A program made the position numbers and the translations under genes. Of a stretch of DNA of 64,000 nucleotides, positions 22,015 through 35,071 are shown one piece after another (the stretch's first letter is position 1; every line of letters begins with the position of its first letter). The notes under the pieces were generated by a model that worked only from the letters and a program-made list of their open reading frames with translations, was not told the origin of the DNA and did no database searches. Where the stretch lies: the NCBI RefSeq assembly GCF_050920415.1, contig NZ_CP169309.1; one strand, written 5' to 3'. This DNA comes from Escherichia coli. Lineage in GTDB: Bacteria; Pseudomonadota; Gammaproteobacteria; Enterobacterales; Enterobacteriaceae.

Positions 22015-22488
22015 ATGAACCGGTTTATTATTGTGGATGCGACGAAATGTATCGGTTGCCGTACCTGTGAAGTGGCTTGCGCAGTGTCGCATCAGGAGAA
22101 TCAGGATTGCGCTGCGTTGTCACCCGGTGAGTTTATTTCGCGTATTCGTGTCATTAAAGATCATACTTACACCACGGCAGTAGCCTGTCATCAGTGTGAA
22201 GATGCACCGTGCGCAAATGTGTGCCCTGTTGACGCGATAAGTCGCGAACATGGGCATATTTTCGTTGAACAATCACGTTGTATTGGCTGTAAAAGCTGTA
22301 TGCTGGCTTGCCCGTTTGGTGCGATGGAGGTCGTTTCTTCACGCACAAAGGCGAGGGCGATTAAGTGCGATCTGTGCTGGCATCGGGCGACGGGACCGGC
22401 CTGTGTTGAAGCTTGCCCAACACAAGCGTTGCAATGCATGGATGTCGAGAAAGTGCAGCGGCATCGGCTACGGCAGCAGTCTGTTTGA
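22015..22488 (+). CDS. ysaA: 4Fe-4S ferredoxin-like protein
   Basis: Multiple CxxCxxCxxxCP cluster motifs (CIGCRTCEVAC, CHQCEDAPC, CIGCKSCMLACP); synteny. Confidence 0.85.
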   Translation: MNRFIIVDATKCIGCRTCEVACAVSHQENQDCAALSPGEFISRIRVIKDHTYTTAVACHQCEDAPCANVCPVDAISREHGHIFVEQSRCIGCKSCMLACPFGAMEVVSSRTKARAIKCDLCWHRATGPACVEACPTQALQCMDVEKVQRHRLRQQSV

Positions 22489-22536
22489 AACGTTTTTCCG
22501 GCGTTTTTTAACGCAGGAATAGTGCGCTTTGTTTAT

Positions 22537-22570
22537 GCCGGATGCGGCTTAAACGCCTTATCCGGCCTAC
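22537..22570. repeat. REP element (gccggatgcggc...gccttatccggcctac)
   Basis: Canonical REP palindrome; its 3' end atccggcctac is a 10/11 match to the IS621 target motif. Confidence 0.6.
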
Positions 22571-22604
22571 AAATTATTCCAAATTCAATATATTGCAGAA
22601 ATGA

Positions 22605-23912
<1,308 letters not shown>

Positions 23913-23917
23913 AATTT

Positions 23918-25171
23918 TTAATGACTTTCAGCCCAGGCGCGTTCAATCTCTTCCGCCAGAATCTTCACCCCCGCTTCAATTTTATCCGGCTCCGGCACGT
24001 AGTTCATACGCATACATTGATGTGTATGTGGCCACGGTTTATCCAGCCCTGGGAAGAAGTTGTGCCCCGGCACCATCAGCACGCCCCGTGCTTTCAGGCG
24101 CTGGTAGAGCTGCTCGGTCGTAATTGGCAAATCCTTAAACCATAGCCAGAGGAAAATGGCTCCTTCCGGTTTATGAATCAGGCAGCGATCTTCCGGTAAA
24201 TAGCGGCGAATGATAGCGATAGTTTCCTGAACACGTTGGTAGTAAAACGGTTTGATGACTGTTTCAGACAGGCGCAGCAGATCGTTACGCTTAATCATTT
24301 CACACATCATCGCTGGACCAATACCGCCAGGTGCCAGGCTGATAATGCCGTTCATATTGGTGATGGCGGTGATGATTTTTTCATTGGCGATGATAATGCC
24401 GCAGCGGGAGCCTGGTAGACCCAGCTTGGAAAGACTCATGCACAGTACGATATTCGGATTCCACAGCGGGCGCGCTTCGCTGAAGATGATCCCCGGGAAC
24501 GGGACGCCATAAGCGTTATCAATCACCAGCGGAATGCCGTGCTGATTCGCCAGTGCGTCCAGTTTCAATAATTCTTCGTCAGTAATCACATTGCCTGTTG
24601 GATTCGTCGGTCGGGAGACGCAAATCATCCCGGTTTCTTCGCCAATATGCAGATGCTCAAAATCGACGTGGTATTTAAACTGGCCTTCCGGCAGCAGTTC
24701 AATATTCGGACGCGCAGAGACAAACAGATCTTCTTCCAGTCCGGCGTCAGCGTAGCCAATGTATTCCGGTGCCAGCGGGAACAGCACTTTTTTGACCCGA
24801 CCATCGGCACGGCGTCCGGCGAACAGATTAAATAAGTAGAAAAACGCGCTCTGGCTGCCGTTTGTTAGTGCAATATTCTGTGGTTCGATATCCCAACCCA
24901 ACTTCTCGCGTAGCATTCCGGCAAGCAGTGTGAGTAGCTCCGTTTTCCCCTGTGGACCGTCGTAATTGCACAGTGCATCAGTCGCTTTGCCACTTTCCAG
25001 CATGTCGGTCAGTAGCGTCTGGAAGTAGTCCTGCATTTCCGGGATCTGCGCTGGATTACCGCCGCCGAGCATAATCGCGCCAGGCGTGCGTAAACCGTCG
25101 TTCAGATCTTCCATCAGCAGCGTAATGCCGGAGTGGCGGGTAAATTTGTCACCAAAAAGGGAGAATGTCAT
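23918..25171 (-). CDS. avtA: Valine-pyruvate aminotransferase (transaminase C)
   Basis: 417-aa PLP aminotransferase starting MTFSLFGDKF; tool ORF has an upstream in-frame extension. Confidence 0.9.
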   Translation of the reverse strand: MTFSLFGDKFTRHSGITLLMEDLNDGLRTPGAIMLGGGNPAQIPEMQDYFQTLLTDMLESGKATDALCNYDGPQGKTELLTLLAGMLREKLGWDIEPQNIALTNGSQSAFFYLFNLFAGRRADGRVKKVLFPLAPEYIGYADAGLEEDLFVSARPNIELLPEGQFKYHVDFEHLHIGEETGMICVSRPTNPTGNVITDEELLKLDALANQHGIPLVIDNAYGVPFPGIIFSEARPLWNPNIVLCMSLSKLGLPGSRCGIIIANEKIITAITNMNGIISLAPGGIGPAMMCEMIKRNDLLRLSETVIKPFYYQRVQETIAIIRRYLPEDRCLIHKPEGAIFLWLWFKDLPITTEQLYQRLKARGVLMVPGHNFFPGLDKPWPHTHQCMRMNYVPEPDKIEAGVKILAEEIERAWAESH

Positions 25172-25348
25172 AGCGGGATATCTGTCGAACTCTGTAGCAA
25201 GGAAGGTAACAATAACGCTACATTTGCTGGGGTGCAAATCGGTCTGTTGAAGTGGGAGCGGTGCTTTATCCTGCAACGCTGATTAGGGCTGACATTTTAT
25301 CCTGGTTGGCGGCTTCCCGATGTACTCACGAACGGGAAGCCGGAAACG

Positions 25349-27379
25349 TTACTGTTGCCCCGCCCAGACGACCAGCACTTTATCGTCGTCATGCTCACGA
25401 ACAAAGCCGTAGCCCTGCTTCAGCGAAAGTGTCGTTTGTTTGCCCGCGCCAATTGCGGGATGGCGGGCGCGGAACTGGCTGATTTTCTGCCAGTGCGCGA
25501 CGCTAGCGGCAGATTTACCGCTAACATCCTGCCAGTTCATATCCGAACGCGTGCCTTGCAGCGGATCAGAACCGGTAGGACCGAACGGACGAGAGGATTC
25601 ATCACCATAAAAGATTTGTACTGCACCTGGCGCTAATAACAATAACTCTGCTGCTTTGTCGCCCCCTTCACGAAACAAACGAGTATCATGCGACGAAAGA
25701 TAGCTCAACACGTTGAAATCCTGCAATTTCTCTGCCATTTGCTGCCAGGTCGTATCCATCTGCGCCAGACAATCGACTGCTTTAGCCGCCTGCTCCTGAT
25801 AATCGAAATTGATCATCGCATCGAAGCCGTGGCGATAGTAGTCACTTTGCATCACGCCGTGGCCCCAGGCTTCACCGGTCATCCAGAACGGTTTGTCATC
25901 TAACGCTTTATCGGGATTCGCTTTTTTCCATTCGACAAGCGCGGCGCTGGCTTCGGTTTTCAGTTGCTGCCAGGCGGGCAACTCAACATGCTTGGCGGTA
26001 TCGACCCGAAAACCATCAATTCCGTAGTCACGGACCCACTGGCTTAACCAATGGGTTAAGTAATCTCGAGGGGTAAAGCCGTCAATGGCTTTAGCGTGGG
26101 TATCCGTTTTGTTGTTATAGAACACTGGCAGGCCAGAAGCGGTAGTTGATTCGGTTTTGATATCCGGTAAAAAGGCCAGCGACATGGTGAGATCGTCAAA
26201 TCCAGGATTGTCGTAGTCGCCGATATCCGTTCTGATCCAGTTTTTTCCCCACCATTTATCCCAGCCTGTTTTGTCGCTGAAATTAATGTAATCGTTAAAG
26301 CTATGCCAGGTTTGTCCGGCGGCGGGCTTCCAGTCGCTCCAACGGTCACCTAACGTTTTTTTCACTTCGTCACCAGAAAGATATAACGCGCCAAACTGAT
26401 ACTCCTGCATATCCGCCAGTGTGGCATAGCCGGTGTGGTTCATCACGACATCAAAGAGAATACGAATACCGCGCTGATGCGCGCTATCAACCAGCGTCCG
26501 TAGATCGGCTTCGCTGCCCATATTGGCATCAAGATTCGTCCAGTCCTGGGTGTAATAACCGTGGTAGGCATAATGCGGGAAATCGCCTTTTGTACCGCCA
26601 CCGACCCAGCCGTGAATTTGCTCAAATGGGGCACTTATCCATAAAGCATTGACGCCCAGCTGCTGGAGGTAATCCAGTTTGTTGGTCAGGCCGCGTAAAT
26701 CGCCGCCGTGAAAAGTGCCAATTTCTGCCATACCGTCTTTATGACGTCCGTAACTCTGGTCATTACTGGGATCGCCGTTTTCGAAACGATCTGTCAGCAC
26801 GAAGTAAACCGTGGCGTTATGCCAGTCGAAAGGGGCGGATGTGTCAGTTTCTGCCCGTTCCAGCAGGAGTAAACCGTTGCTGGTGGCAGCGGGTTGTAAC
26901 GTTATTTGACCGTTCTTCACTATCGCAATTTGCTGGCTGTAATAATCCCGGACTGCGGCTCCCTCCGGAAAAGTGGCGCTGACATCCAGTGTGAGCGGTA
27001 ATCCATCCCATTTCGGGCATTCACGGACCAGGCTTGCTACCGGTTCGACGGTGTTCTGGATGGAAATCATCAATGTTGGTGTACCGGAGCGGGTGTCTAG
27101 TTGCAGCGTATATTCGCCGTCCCTGAACAATCGCCATTGAGGTGGCGTGTTGCTACAAGGTTGCAGGGAAAGCATCTGATTGAGTTTTATCGCATCCGCA
27201 GGCTGCCAGCACTGTTGGTCAAAATTTAGCGTTAGTGGACGCGTACCTTTGGGCAACTGCGCGTGGCTGACAAATGTTCCCGTTCCCTGTTCGCTAAAGG
27301 CAGGGAACCCCGGAGAAGTCCAGCTGGCGGCAACGGCGAAGCCAGGAAGGAGTGTCAGAAAACAGGCGGCGAGTTTCAT
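25349..27379 (-). CDS. malS: Periplasmic alpha-amylase
   Basis: 676-aa GH13 enzyme with signal peptide; synteny. Confidence 0.9.
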   Translation of the reverse strand: MKLAACFLTLLPGFAVAASWTSPGFPAFSEQGTGTFVSHAQLPKGTRPLTLNFDQQCWQPADAIKLNQMLSLQPCSNTPPQWRLFRDGEYTLQLDTRSGTPTLMISIQNTVEPVASLVRECPKWDGLPLTLDVSATFPEGAAVRDYYSQQIAIVKNGQITLQPAATSNGLLLLERAETDTSAPFDWHNATVYFVLTDRFENGDPSNDQSYGRHKDGMAEIGTFHGGDLRGLTNKLDYLQQLGVNALWISAPFEQIHGWVGGGTKGDFPHYAYHGYYTQDWTNLDANMGSEADLRTLVDSAHQRGIRILFDVVMNHTGYATLADMQEYQFGALYLSGDEVKKTLGDRWSDWKPAAGQTWHSFNDYINFSDKTGWDKWWGKNWIRTDIGDYDNPGFDDLTMSLAFLPDIKTESTTASGLPVFYNNKTDTHAKAIDGFTPRDYLTHWLSQWVRDYGIDGFRVDTAKHVELPAWQQLKTEASAALVEWKKANPDKALDDKPFWMTGEAWGHGVMQSDYYRHGFDAMINFDYQEQAAKAVDCLAQMDTTWQQMAEKLQDFNVLSYLSSHDTRLFREGGDKAAELLLLAPGAVQIFYGDESSRPFGPTGSDPLQGTRSDMNWQDVSGKSAASVAHWQKISQFRARHPAIGAGKQTTLSLKQGYGFVREHDDDKVLVVWAGQQ

Positions 27380-27766
27380 GGCGGATGAGTCCTTATTGCT
27401 GCGATTTCAGACAGTTTGCCAGCGATAAGCCAGACAAAACTCATCCCTGAGCGGTAAGTCCACAGGATGAGAAGCAAGGGTGAGCGATCGCGCGCAAAAA
27501 ACGGCCGAATTTTGCGATAAACCCCACATTTTCTGCGATTTAGCGCCAATCTGAATCGTTAACACGTGACATAGTTTCAGATTTGGACTATTCCTTGGGG
27601 TGCTCTTGACGGCTATTTTTGATATGATTTGAGATTCAACTCTCAAATTTGTGAAAAATATAAGGTGTTGGAATGTAGACTGGCCCCCTGAATCTCCAGA
27701 CAACCAGTATCACTTAAATAAGTGATAGTCTTAATACTAGTTTTTAGACTAGTCATTGGAGAACAG

Positions 27767-28132
27767 ATGATTGATGTCTTAGGGCCGGAGAAACGCAGAC
27801 GGCGTACCACACAGGAAAAGATCGCAATTGTTCAGCAGAGCTTTGAACCGGGGATGACGGTCTCCCTCGTTGCCCGGCAACATGGTGTAGCAGCCAGCCA
27901 GTTATTTCTCTGGCGTAAGCAATACCAGGAAGGAAGTCTTACTGCTGTCGCCGCCGGAGAACAGGTTGTTCCTGCCTCTGAACTTGCTGCCGCCATGAAG
28001 CAGATTAAAGAACTCCAGCGCCTGCTCGGCAAGAAAACGATGGAAAATGAACTCCTCAAAGAAGCCGTTGAATATGGACGGGCAAAAAAGTGGATAGCGC
28101 ACGCGCCCTTATTGCCCGGGGATGGGGAGTAA
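27767..28132 (+). CDS. insC: IS2 OrfA (InsC), HTH DNA-binding protein
   Basis: 121-aa product starting [18 protein letters not shown]; leucine-zipper/HTH IS3-family OrfA. Confidence 0.85.
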
Positions 28133-28995
28133 GCTTAGTCAGCCGTTGTCTCCGGGTGTCGCGTGCGCAGTTGCACGTCATTCTCAGACGAACCGATGAC
28201 TGGATGGATGGCCGCCGCAGTCGTCACACTGATGATACGGATGTGCTTCTCCGTATACACCATGTTATCGGAGAGCTGCCCACGTATGGTTATCGTCGGG
28301 TATGGGCGCTGCTTCGCAGACAGGCAGAACTTGATGGTATGCCTGCGATCAATGCCAAACGTGTTTACCGGATCATGCGCCAGAATGCGCTGTTGCTTGA
28401 GCGAAAACCTGCTGTACCGCCATCGAAACGGGCACATACAGGCAGAGTGGCCGTGAAAGAAAGCAATCAGCGATGGTGCTCTGACGGGTTCGAGTTCTGC
28501 TGTGATAACGGAGAGAGACTGCGTGTCACGTTCGCGCTGGACTGCTGTGATCGTGAGGCACTGCACTGGGCGGTGACTACTGGCGGCTTCAACAGTGAAA
28601 CAGTACAGGACGTCATGCTGGGAGCGGTGGAACGCCGCTTCGGCAACGATCTTCCGTCGTCTCCAGTGGAGTGGCTGACGGATAATGGTTCATGCTACCG
28701 GGCTAATGAAACACGCCAGTTCGCCCGGATGTTGGGACTTGAACCGAAGAACACGGCGGTGCGGAGTCCGGAGAGTAACGGAATAGCAGAGAGCTTCGTG
28801 AAAACGATAAAGCGTGACTACATCAGTATCATGCCCAAACCAGACGGGTTAACGGCAGCAAAGAACCTTGCAGAGGCGTTCGAGCATTATAACGAATGGC
28901 ATCCGCATAGTGCGCTGGGTTATCGCTCGCCACGGGAATATCTGCGGCAGCGGGCTTGTAATGGGTTAAGTGATAACAGATGTCTGGAAATATAG
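28090..28995 (+). CDS. insD: IS2 OrfB (InsD), DDE transposase catalytic domain
   Basis: 301-aa ORF overlapping OrfA in the -1 frame; rve integrase-type catalytic core. Confidence 0.85.
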
Positions 28996-29034
28996 GGGCA
29001 AATCCAGAATGATTAAATCCGACCAGGAGACCTG

Positions 29035-29859
29035 ATGATTTTGACTCCCATACGACGATATGGGGCGATGATTCTTATGTTACTCACTCTGGTGTTTTCG
29101 AGTGAGGTGTTAGCGAAGACGCACACAACAACAGCGAGTCAAAAGTCCCACTTAACTAAAGCTAGTAATAAACAGGTAAGCAGTAAACAAGAGTATTCTC
29201 GCAATAGTGCAAAGAGTAGTTCACTTCCTGATTTGCGAAAATACCCTTCCGGAACACCAAGGAAAAAAGCGTTTCTCCGGACCGTAATGCCTTACATTAC
29301 CAGCCAAAATGCGGCCATTACTGCGGAACGTAACTGGCTCATTTCAAAACAGTATCAGGGCCAATGGTCACCTGCTGAGCGTGCGCGTCTGAAAGACATC
29401 GCCAAACGCTACAAGGTGAAGTGGTCCGGTAATACGCGAAAAATCCCGTGGAATACCTTGCTTGAACGCGTAGACATTATTCCTACCAGTATGGTGGCGA
29501 CGATGGCTGCAGCAGAAAGCGGTTGGGGAACGTCGAAGCTGGCGCGTAGCAACAACAACCTATTCGGCATGAAGTGCATGAAAGGACGTTGTACCAATGC
29601 GCCGGGTAAAGTGAAGGGGTACTCACAGTTCAGTTCTGTCAAAGAATCGGTGAGCGCCTATGTCACTAACCTGAATACTCACCCGGCTTACTCTTCGTTC
29701 CGTAAATCGCGTGCACAGCTGCGTAAAGCGGATCAGGAAGTGACTGCCACAGCGATGATTCACAAGCTGAAGGGCTACTCGACCAAAGGGAAGAGTTATA
29801 ACAACTACCTGTTCGCAATGTACCAGGATAACCAACGGTTAATCGCGGCGCATATGTAA
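29035..29859 (+). CDS. bax: Bax protein (putative glucosaminidase/FlgJ-like domain)
   Basis: 274-aa ORF with signal peptide; synteny between malS and xylR; the IS2 copy ends 28 bp upstream of its ATG. Confidence 0.85.
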   Translation: MILTPIRRYGAMILMLLTLVFSSEVLAKTHTTTASQKSHLTKASNKQVSSKQEYSRNSAKSSSLPDLRKYPSGTPRKKAFLRTVMPYITSQNAAITAERNWLISKQYQGQWSPAERARLKDIAKRYKVKWSGNTRKIPWNTLLERVDIIPTSMVATMAAAESGWGTSKLARSNNNLFGMKCMKGRCTNAPGKVKGYSQFSSVKESVSAYVTNLNTHPAYSSFRKSRAQLRKADQEVTATAMIHKLKGYSTKGKSYNNYLFAMYQDNQRLIAAHM

Positions 29860-29966
29860 TTGCATTTCCTCGAGCCTTATCCGACTTGTCAGTCGGATAA
29901 GGCTTTTGCTCGCATCAGGTGGTTGTGCTGAGTTACCTGATGCGACGCCGACAATTCTCATCATCG

Positions 29967-31145
29967 CTACAACATGACCTCGCTATTTACATCGCGATAC
30001 TCTTTTGGTGTCGTGTCATATGCTTTTTTAAAAACAGAGTAGAAATATTGCAGCGATGGATAACCGCACATTTGCGATATCTCATTGATCGACAAGGTGG
30101 TTGAAATCAGCAGACTGCGCGCTTTCTCCAACTTCTCGGCATGAATCATGGCATGGATGGTTTCACCCACCTCTTCTTTAAAACGCTTCTCAAGATTGGA
30201 GCGCGAGATCCCGACCGCATCGAGTACCTGATCCACTTTAATCTCTTTACAGGCGTGATTACGAATGTAATGCATGGCCTGAATAACGGCGGGATCGGTC
30301 AGCGAGCGGTAATCTGTTGAGCGCCGTTCAATGACGCGAACTGGTGGGACCAAAATCCGCTGTAGCGGCATTTCTTCTTTATCTAATAATCGATGCAACA
30401 GTTTTGCCGCCTGATATCCCATTTGCCGTGCGCCCTGAGCGACCGAAGAAAGGGCGACACGCGATAGATAGCGGGTCAGTTCTTCGTTATCGATGCCAAT
30501 CACACATAATTTTTCCGGCACAGGAATATGCAGATGTTCGCATACTTGCAAAATGTGCCGCGCCCGGGCGTCGGTAACGGCAATGATCCCGGTTTGCGGC
30601 GGCAGCGTTTGTAGCCAGTCTGCCAGCCGATTTTGTGCGTGTTGCCAGTTCTCTGGCGCTGTTTCTAACCCCTGATAAACCACTCCGCGATACTTTTCTT
30701 CGGCGACAAGCTGACGGAAAGCATATTCGCGTTCAGTGGCCCAACGTTTGCCGCTTGATTCCGGAAGACCATAAAAAGCAAAGCGGTTAACGCCTTTCTC
30801 TTTTAAATGCAAAAATGCGCTTTCAACCAGCGCATAGTTATCGGTGGCAATGTAATGAACGGGTGGGTAACTTTCGGCAAGGTGATACGAGCCACCAACC
30901 CCAACAATGGGGACGTCGACGTTAGCCAGCGCTTGCTCGATTTGTTTGTCGTCGAAGTCGGCAATGACGCCATCTCCTAACCAGTCCTTGATTTTATCAA
31001 TGCGGGCGCGGAAATCTTCTTCAATGAAAATATCCCATTCCGATTGTGACGCCTGTAAATATTCCCCTACGCCTTCTACTACCTGCCGGTCATAGGCTTT
31101 ATTGGCATTGAACAGTAATGTGATGCGGTGACGTTTAGTAAACAT
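29967..31145 (-). CDS. xylR: Xylose operon transcriptional activator (AraC family with periplasmic-binding-protein-like domain)
   Basis: 392-aa ORF; C-terminal AraC HTH; synteny. Confidence 0.9.
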   Translation of the reverse strand: MFTKRHRITLLFNANKAYDRQVVEGVGEYLQASQSEWDIFIEEDFRARIDKIKDWLGDGVIADFDDKQIEQALANVDVPIVGVGGSYHLAESYPPVHYIATDNYALVESAFLHLKEKGVNRFAFYGLPESSGKRWATEREYAFRQLVAEEKYRGVVYQGLETAPENWQHAQNRLADWLQTLPPQTGIIAVTDARARHILQVCEHLHIPVPEKLCVIGIDNEELTRYLSRVALSSVAQGARQMGYQAAKLLHRLLDKEEMPLQRILVPPVRVIERRSTDYRSLTDPAVIQAMHYIRNHACKEIKVDQVLDAVGISRSNLEKRFKEEVGETIHAMIHAEKLEKARSLLISTTLSINEISQMCGYPSLQYFYSVFKKAYDTTPKEYRDVNSEVML

Positions 31146-31222
31146 GGTTCTTTTCCTGCTGAATCATGCAAAAACTCAAAACCGGTAATACGTTACCGGC
31201 TTTGAGAAAATTTTTATCAAAA

Positions 31223-32404
31223 TCAAGAACGGCGTTTGGTTGCGGAGTCCATCCATACTGCCAGCAACAGAATCGCACCTTTAACGATATACTGCCAGAA
31301 GGTCGGTACATCCATCATACTCATGCCGTTATCCAGTGAAGCCATGATGAATGCCCCCATTACTGCTCCGGCCACGCTCCCGACTCCGCCTGCCAGGCTG
31401 GTTCCGCCAATCACGCAGGCGGCAATTGCGTCCAGCTCAGCGATATTCCCCGCAGAAGGTGAACCTGCGCCAAGGCGTGAACTAAGGATTAACCCAGCGA
31501 TAGCGACCATTAATCCGTTAATAGCGAATACGGCAAGTTTGGTGCGTTCAACGTTAATCCCGGAGAGACGTGCCGCTTCCAGATTGCCGCCGATGGCATA
31601 AATGCGTCTTCCAAATGCCGTCCGCGTTGCCATAAACATTCCGCCGAGTAACAGCAACGTCAGCAGCAGTACAGGAGTGGGAACGCCACGGTAATCATTC
31701 AAAAGCCAGATTGCGCCTAAGACGATAATCGCCGTTAATGCCTGGCGGCCGACAACTGCGGTAGAGGCCGGAGACTGCAAACCCAAAGCCTGACGGCGCA
31801 TTCTTCCGCGCCATTGCCAGCCAACAAAAGCCATTAAGCCAAGCGCGCCAATGATGAAGCCGGTGCTGGCAGGTAGATAGCTTTGCCCAATTTGTGACAT
31901 CGCGGCACTGGTGGGGGAAACCGTCGTGCCGTTGGTGATGCCAATGAGTATGCCGCGAAATGCCAACATGCCCGCAAGGGTGACAATAAATGAAGGGACT
32001 TTGCGGTATGCAACCCACCATCCGTTCCAGGCTCCGAGAAGCAGTCCCAGAACCAACGTCACAATGATGGTGAGCGGCAAAGGCCAACCTAACCAGACGT
32101 CACAAATAGCCGCGACGCCACCTAATAGCCCCATCATTGAGCCGACGGAAAGGTCGATTTCAGCAGAAATTATGACGAACACCATTCCTACCGCGAGGAT
32201 GCCGGTAATCGCGGTCTGGCGTAACAGGTTGGAGACGTTACGGGCGCTTAAGTAGGCACCATCGGTGGTCCAGGTAAAGAACAGCATGATTGCGATGATA
32301 GCTGCAATCATCACGAAGACCTGCAAATTCAGTGACTTCAGCCCGGAAAAGCCACCGGATGTCGGTACGGCCAATTTCACTTCAGACGGATTGCTTTTCG
32401 ACAT
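31223..32404 (-). CDS. xylH: D-xylose ABC transporter permease
   Basis: 393-aa polytopic membrane protein; synteny. Confidence 0.9.
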
Positions 32405-33923
32405 GATGTTCGCTCCTCAATGCGGCTTCCATCACCTGCTCCTGAGTCAGGTTATGATTTATCAGGTTGGCTTTTAGTTTCCCTTCATGCATCACCAGTA
32501 CACGATCGCTAAGGCCGAGCACTTCAGGTAATTCGGAAGAGATGACAATAACGGCAATACCCTGCTGGACGAGTTGGTTAATTAATTTGTAGATCTCGTA
32601 TTTCGCGCCAATATCGATACCCCTGGTAGGTTCATCAAGAATGAGAATGCGCGGGTTGAGTAACAGACAGCGAGCGAGGATCGCTTTTTGCTGATTGCCG
32701 CCGCTCAAACGTCCAATAGCAAGGTCGGGGGACGACGTTTTAACTTTGAGTTGCTGGATTGATTCCAGAATACATTTTTGCTCTGCCGCGTCATCAAGCT
32801 GGCTAATACCGCCGGTAAATTTATTGAGTGCGGCGAGGGTAATATTTTTACCAACCGCCATTACCGGAACGATGCCGTCGCGCTTTCTGTCTTCGGGTAC
32901 CATCGCAATCCCCTGGGCGATGGCTTGCTGACAGTTACGAATATCTACCTGTTTGCCATCAATATAAATTTTTCCTTCCCATTGTCCGGGCCACACGCCA
33001 AACAGGCACTGAATGGTCTCGGTACGTCCGGCACCAACGAGTCCGGCAATACCCAGTATTTCGCCACGTTTCAGGGAAAACGAGACATCATTAACTCGTT
33101 TAATATGACGATTAACCGGATGCCATGCCGTCAGATGTTCAATACGTAATATTTCATCTCCGGTGGTATGTGGTTCATTAGGGTAAAGCGCGGTTAACTC
33201 TCGCCCGACCATCATGGTGATAATATCGTCTTCACTCATTCCGGCAGCATCACGCGTACCAATGTGCTGACCGTCGCGAATAACGCAAATCGTATCGGAA
33301 ATCGCTTTGACTTCGTTGAGTTTGTGCGAAATATAAATACAGGCGATACCGTGCTGTTGTAGATCGCGAATAATATCCAGTAAAACCGACGTTTCCTGCT
33401 CAGTTAATGAGGCTGTCGGTTCATCGAGAATTAACAAGCGCACCTGTTTATTAAGTGCCTTAGCAATTTCAACCAGTTGTTGTTGCCCTAGCCCTAAATC
33501 GCCAACGCGGGTATCTGGTGAAATAAGTAAACTGACCTGTGCGAGCAGCTTCTGACAGCGTAGCGTCATCAGATCATAATCCATAATGCCATTATGGGTT
33601 ATTTCGTTACCCAGGAAGATATTTTCCAGCACGGTTAATTCTTTCACCAGCGCCAATTCCTGGTGAATGATGGCGATACCTTTGCGTTCGGTATCGCGGA
33701 TGTGACTCGCCTGAATCTCTTCTCCCGCAAAAATAATGTCGCCTTCGTAGGAGCCATGGGGATAAATACCACACAGCACTTTCATCAGCGTTGATTTACC
33801 AGACCCATTTTCCCCGCAGAGTGAGACGATTTCGCCAGCATTCAACCGCAAGCTAACGTTATCAATTGCCTTCACACTGCCGAAGGTTTTGGTAATGTTT
33901 TTCATTTCAAGTAGATAAGGCAT
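32382..33923 (-). CDS. xylG: D-xylose ABC transporter ATP-binding protein (duplicated ABC domains)
   Basis: 513-aa product from [10 protein letters not shown]; two Walker A motifs ([16 protein letters not shown]). Confidence 0.9.
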
Positions 33924-34000
33924 AACGACTCCACCTAAGCCAATTAATTTACACGGCATGGAGAGAAATCACGCCCCCGCTCCTCGCCGGGGCGTAACGC

Positions 34001-34993
34001 TTACAGCTCGCTCTCTTTGTGGAATCCGTCTTTAACTACCGTATCTTTGATGTTGTTTTTATTCACATCGATCGGTGTCAGCAGGCGGGAGGGAACATCT
34101 TTCAGACCATTATTCAGTGTGGTATCTGCTTTTGGTTCCTGACCATTGCCCAACTCAACGGCAATTTCTGCGGCAGTATTTGCCAACAATGTAATAGGTT
34201 TATACACCGTCATAGTTTGCGTACCGGCAGCAATACGTTTAATACCTGCGAGATCGGCATCCTGGCCGGAAATTGCTACTTTCCCTGATAAACCTTGCGC
34301 GCTTAATGCCTGAATTGCCCCGCCGGCGGTGGCATCGTTTGAGGCAACCACGGCATCAATTTTGTTATTATTGGCGGTCAGCGCGTTTTCCATAATTTTC
34401 AGTGCGTTTTCCGGTAACCAGCCATCAACCCATTGGTCACCAACGACTTTAATTTTTCCGGAATCAACGTAAGGTTTTAACACTTTCATTTGTCCGGCGC
34501 GGAACAGCTTAGCGTTGTTATCTACCGGCGAACCGCCCATCAGGAAGTAATTACCTTGCGGAACAATATCGACCAGGGCTTTTGCCTGCAGTTCACCGAC
34601 TTTTTCATTATCAAAAGAAATATAAAAATCGATATCTGCATCGTTAATCATACGGTCATAAGCTAATACTTTAATACCTTCTTGTTTGGCTTCTTTTACA
34701 ACGTTACTTAATACCTGACCGTTATACGGAATAATGACAAGAACATCGACACCCCGGTTAATCATGTTTTCAATCTGCGACATTTGTGTTTCTTCATTGC
34801 CATTTGCAGACTGTACAAATACTTTCGCGCCGAGAGACTCTGCTTTTTTCACAAAAATATCTCGATCTTTTTGCCAGCGTTCAAGACGGAGATCATCAAT
34901 CGCCATACCTATTTTGACTTCTTTGGCGTGCGCCGCAACGTTGGTAAGCAGAAGTGAGGTGCAAAGGGTGAGTAGAATGTTCTTTATTTTCAT
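34001..34993 (-). CDS. xylF: D-xylose-binding periplasmic protein
   Basis: 330-aa product from MKIKNILLTL with signal peptide; synteny. Confidence 0.9.
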   Translation of the reverse strand: MKIKNILLTLCTSLLLTNVAAHAKEVKIGMAIDDLRLERWQKDRDIFVKKAESLGAKVFVQSANGNEETQMSQIENMINRGVDVLVIIPYNGQVLSNVVKEAKQEGIKVLAYDRMINDADIDFYISFDNEKVGELQAKALVDIVPQGNYFLMGGSPVDNNAKLFRAGQMKVLKPYVDSGKIKVVGDQWVDGWLPENALKIMENALTANNNKIDAVVASNDATAGGAIQALSAQGLSGKVAISGQDADLAGIKRIAAGTQTMTVYKPITLLANTAAEIAVELGNGQEPKADTTLNNGLKDVPSRLLTPIDVNKNNIKDTVVKDGFHKESEL

Positions 34994-35071
34994 GTTGTAG
35001 GGCCTTCTGTAGTTAGAGGACAGCTTTAATAAGTAACAATCACCGCGATAAACGTAACCAATTTTTAGCAA

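Larger units (their letters stand above)
27676..29006 (+). mobile_element. IS2 (IS3 family), complete 1331-bp copy flanked by a 5-bp target-site duplication GAATG (27671-27675 and 29007-29011)
   Basis: Left end TAGACTGGCCCCCTGAATCTCCAGACAACC and right end ...TGTCTGGAAATATAGGGGCAAATCCA as I recall for IS2; OrfA/OrfB in -1 frame arrangement; identical 5-bp direct repeats on both sides. Confidence 0.9.
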
